From Cyanobacteria bacterium J06626_4 (GTDB taxonomy: Bacteria; Cyanobacteriota; Cyanobacteriia; Phormidesmidales; Phormidesmidaceae), in assembly GCA_038523235.1 (NCBI GenBank), contig JBCBJQ010000073.1, positions 1 to 28,251 of the forward strand: 28,251 bases of DNA. Direction: 5' to 3'. The notes below the pieces were generated by a model. It did not search any database, had not been told where the DNA came from, and saw only the letters and a list, made by a program, of their open reading frames with translations. A program made the translations under genes and the position numbers. This document shows, piece by piece, positions 25,704 to 28,251 of this stretch. Each line of letters opens with the position of its first letter. Position 1 is the stretch's first letter.

Positions 25704-27437
25704 ATGGTAGCCGACTTCCACCCACCAAAGCCCATTCCCGCTGACCCCCTCGGTCAACGCCTGCACGAAATCTTCGGTCGTAACCTGTGGGACTTTATCG
25801 AGGCCCCGACGTCAGCCCCTAGCGAGAAACCGCAGTGGCGCACCGTCACGAACTATCCGATGCGACCTCGCATCCTGTGGCAGCGCTGGCAAGACCCGGA
25901 CACCCTGATCGGCGTCCGCTTTGAAAGTCAGACCCTCTATGGCTTGATCGACATCGATGCTGGGAGTCCTTACTGCAACGTTGAGGCGATCGCCCAGCTC
26001 CGCGCCGCCCTGGAAACAATCGGCATTACCCGCACCCTGCTGCTACGCTCCAGCCACAGTAACGGCCTGCACCTCTATCTGCCGCTGTCAGAACCTGTCA
26101 AAACCTTCGACCTGGCCGTTGCTCTCGAAGAATGCTTGACCACCCAGGACTTCGCGATCGCTAACGGTACCCTGGAGATCTTCCCCAACCCAAAGCCTTA
26201 CGGTGTCGAAAAGATCATCCACTACAACGGCCATCGGCTCCCCCTGCAACCCGGCACCGGCTCCTACTTGCTGGATGATGATTTGAATCCGATTAGCGAC
26301 AAGCTCGATCGCTTCTTCTGGCTCTGGGACGGAGCCGCCAGCCACCAAGACATAGACGAGTTGCGCCATGCCCTCAAAATCGGACGCGACAACCGCCGTA
26401 AGAAACCCAAGAGATCGCTCTATCCCAGCAACAGCACCGTAGAAATCTGGCGACACGACTTAGAAGCTGAACTCGAAGCAGGCTGGAGTGGCCACGGCCA
26501 GACCAACCACCTGCTCAAGACGGTGGCCTGCCATGGTCGTGTTTTCCTGGAGCTGTCCGGTGACGCGCTGTTCTCCCACACCCTAGAAACTGCCCCTCAG
26601 CTCCCTGGCTACCGGCAATACTGCCGCCACCAGCATGAAATCGAGCGCAAAGTAAAAGCCTGGTGCAAAGCTGTCGAAGGCTACTACTGGCCCCTGGGCG
26701 ATGAACCGATACGAGATACGAGCATTGACCTGCCGCCCCAGCCCAGCGTGAACCAACAGCGAGCCGAAAACGCGCGAGATCGCATTGCGCAAGCGATCGA
26801 AACCCTCAAGCAACTCGGTACCCTGCCCAGCAAAATTCGCGACCTCGCCCATCAGCTCGCCAAAGCCGCCCGCTGTAGCCTCAAGACCATCTACAAGCAC
26901 TCAATCCTGTGGCACCCCGACCATACTCAAGCCTCTGAAGAAGCGGGTGTAACAGCCCAGCCAGAGAGCGATCCAGCCGTTTTACTCCCGGTTGAACTCC
27001 CTCAATCAGTTCAATCATCTTCACCCCCTGATCCGCCAGAACCCCTGTTAAACGGTCTGTTACACACCCAAGAGAGATTTATGAAGTGTGTAGTTGCCTT
27101 TCCTCCTACTCAAAAAAATCCTCTTGAGAGGGGGGTACGGGGGGAGAGGCTGAAAAGTTTTCCACAATTCCTGAAGCGAGAAGATGTGAGTCACGATGAA
27201 CACTACCGCTCCCTGCCGCCACCGTCCTCTTCAGCCTCCCTAGAGGAGTGGGAGCGCTATCGCAGTCAGGAGGCCCTGCGTCGGTGTCTTTTTCGCCTGA
27301 GGTGGGGCCATCCGCAACTCGCCCAGTTCATTGCTGAGCAGTTTGAAGGTAAACGGTTTTATCAGCTCATGCCGGATGAGGTAACATTGCTGCTCTACCG
27401 GTTGCGAGTGTTATTGATAAGTGGCTTACTAGAATAG
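25704..27437 (+). CDS. Plasmid replication protein with an AEP/primase-like N-terminal domain and an HTH
   Basis: GGAGG SD; LIDID (motif I), SSHSNGLHLY (motif II), LEIFP; HTH-like LAKAARCSLKTIYKH; typical of cyanobacterial large-plasmid Reps. Confidence 0.8.
   Translation: MVADFHPPKPIPADPLGQRLHEIFGRNLWDFIEAPTSAPSEKPQWRTVTNYPMRPRILWQRWQDPDTLIGVRFESQTLYGLIDIDAGSPYCNVEAIAQLRAALETIGITRTLLLRSSHSNGLHLYLPLSEPVKTFDLAVALEECLTTQDFAIANGTLEIFPNPKPYGVEKIIHYNGHRLPLQPGTGSYLLDDDLNPISDKLDRFFWLWDGAASHQDIDELRHALKIGRDNRRKKPKRSLYPSNSTVEIWRHDLEAELEAGWSGHGQTNHLLKTVACHGRVFLELSGDALFSHTLETAPQLPGYRQYCRHQHEIERKVKAWCKAVEGYYWPLGDEPIRDTSIDLPPQPSVNQQRAENARDRIAQAIETLKQLGTLPSKIRDLAHQLAKAARCSLKTIYKHSILWHPDHTQASEEAGVTAQPESDPAVLLPVELPQSVQSSSPPDPPEPLLNGLLHTQERFMKCVVAFPPTQKNPLERGVRGERLKSFPQFLKREDVSHDEHYRSLPPPSSSASLEEWERYRSQEALRRCLFRLRWGHPQLAQFIAEQFEGKRFYQLMPDEVTLLLYRLRVLLISGLLE
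27158..27166 (+). promoter_or_regulatory. DnaA-box match inside the rep 3' region
   Basis: TTTTCCACA matches TTWTNCACA; adjacent to the G-tract GGGGGGTACGGGGGG. Confidence 0.4.
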
Positions 27438-27557
27438 TTGCTTAGAAGTTGTAGCTGTTCTGATGATTCCGTTTTTGGAGTGTCTCTTCACAGAGAAAAT
27501 CGTGAAAATCTTCAGATAATCTTAACCTAATCCTATTCTCTAAGTTTGAGTTGAAGT

Positions 27558-28251
27558 ATGCTGATTCAAACATTTCAAAATGGAAAATATATCGTAGAAC
27601 GCTCTTTCGATTCAGGACGTTTTACTACTTCTTATCTAGCTAAAAAATCTGACGGTGAGCGCTGGATAGTTAAAGTGTTAAATCCACAGATATTGGCTGG
27701 TTTGGCTTCTGAAGAAAAGGATCGTCGGGAGAGTTTGTTTTGGCAAGAAGCTATTAAGTTGTCCAAGTGCAGCAAGAATCCTCATATTGCGAAAGTTGGC
27801 ATGCCGTTCAAAGAGGACGACTTTATTTGCTTGCCGATAGAATATTTTGCTGGCAACAGTTTGGCAGAAAGGCCAGAGAGATGCCTTACGGAGCAGGTCG
27901 CATTAAATTACATTCGTCAGATTGGAGATGCTCTGGATGCTGTGCATAGAGAGGGGTTTGTACATTGCGATGTTTGTCCCGAAAACATTCACTTAAGAAT
28001 CCGAAAAGGAAATGTAGAAGCTGTCCTCACAAATTTTGAGTTGGCTATAGATAGCAATACAGAACTGAGTAGAACAAGGACACGTGAACGAACAGACGGT
28101 TATTCGCCAATTGAGCTTTACTCCAGATTTGATAAAACAGGTCAGAGAATTGGAGCTTATACAGATGTATACTCATTAGCTGCTACTTTATATCAATTGT
28201 TGACAGGAGAAGCTCCTTGCAGCGCAGAAAAAAGAATAGCAAAGGGGAAAG
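27558..28251 (+). CDS. Ser/Thr protein kinase-like protein, truncated by the window end, with degenerate catalytic motifs
   Basis: Manual translation (absent from the ORF track): MLIQTFQNGKYIV…SGRF…WIVK…FWQEA…PHI…VHCDVCPENI…LTNFELA…DGYSPIE…TDVYSLAATLYQLLTGEAP. Confidence 0.88.
   Translation, partial: MLIQTFQNGKYIVERSFDSGRFTTSYLAKKSDGERWIVKVLNPQILAGLASEEKDRRESLFWQEAIKLSKCSKNPHIAKVGMPFKEDDFICLPIEYFAGNSLAERPERCLTEQVALNYIRQIGDALDAVHREGFVHCDVCPENIHLRIRKGNVEAVLTNFELAIDSNTELSRTRTRERTDGYSPIELYSRFDKTGQRIGAYTDVYSLAATLYQLLTGEAPCSAEKRIAKGK

Noticed and set aside
371..26160. Numerous GCGATCGC octamers as a novel repeat
   Set aside because: This is the well-known cyanobacterial HIP1; used only as a host indicator

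Overview
This window looks like most of a mobilizable cyanobacterial plasmid; HIP1 GCGATCGC octamers are frequent. From left to right it holds: a type Ib-like partition pair (parA plus an RHH-type partner) with a 40-bp perfect palindrome upstream; a YhcG/DUF1016 nuclease; and a type I restriction-modification operon carrying the PrrC anticodon nuclease and interrupted by two separate VapBC-type (PIN) toxin-antitoxin pairs (minus strand: hsdR-vapBC-hsdS-prrC-vapBC-hsdM). Next come an oriT-like repeat region, mobC and a MOBP-type relaxase, a secreted protein with eight near-identical 15-aa repeats, an HNH protein, a frameshifted second relaxase remnant and an AT-rich three-gene island. The right part has a five-gene minus-strand operon (HTH/coiled-coil protein, three membrane proteins, and an FtsK/HerA-like ATPase with a C-terminal wHTH) followed by a hexamer repeat array, then a divergent RHH regulator and a Uma2 nuclease. 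It ends with a putative antisense copy-control RNA, an AEP-primase-type Rep and a truncated Ser/Thr kinase-like gene with degenerate catalytic motifs. The most notable observations are (1) the ATPase operon, whose layout resembles Streptomyces TraB/Spd/clt dsDNA transfer modules; (2) TA cassettes nested in the RM-PrrC operon, with a duplicated hsdR 3' end and bridging mini-ORFs; (3) the repeat protein; and (4) a covarying hairpin element behind both relaxase copies. All product calls come from motif recognition by eye, not from database searches.
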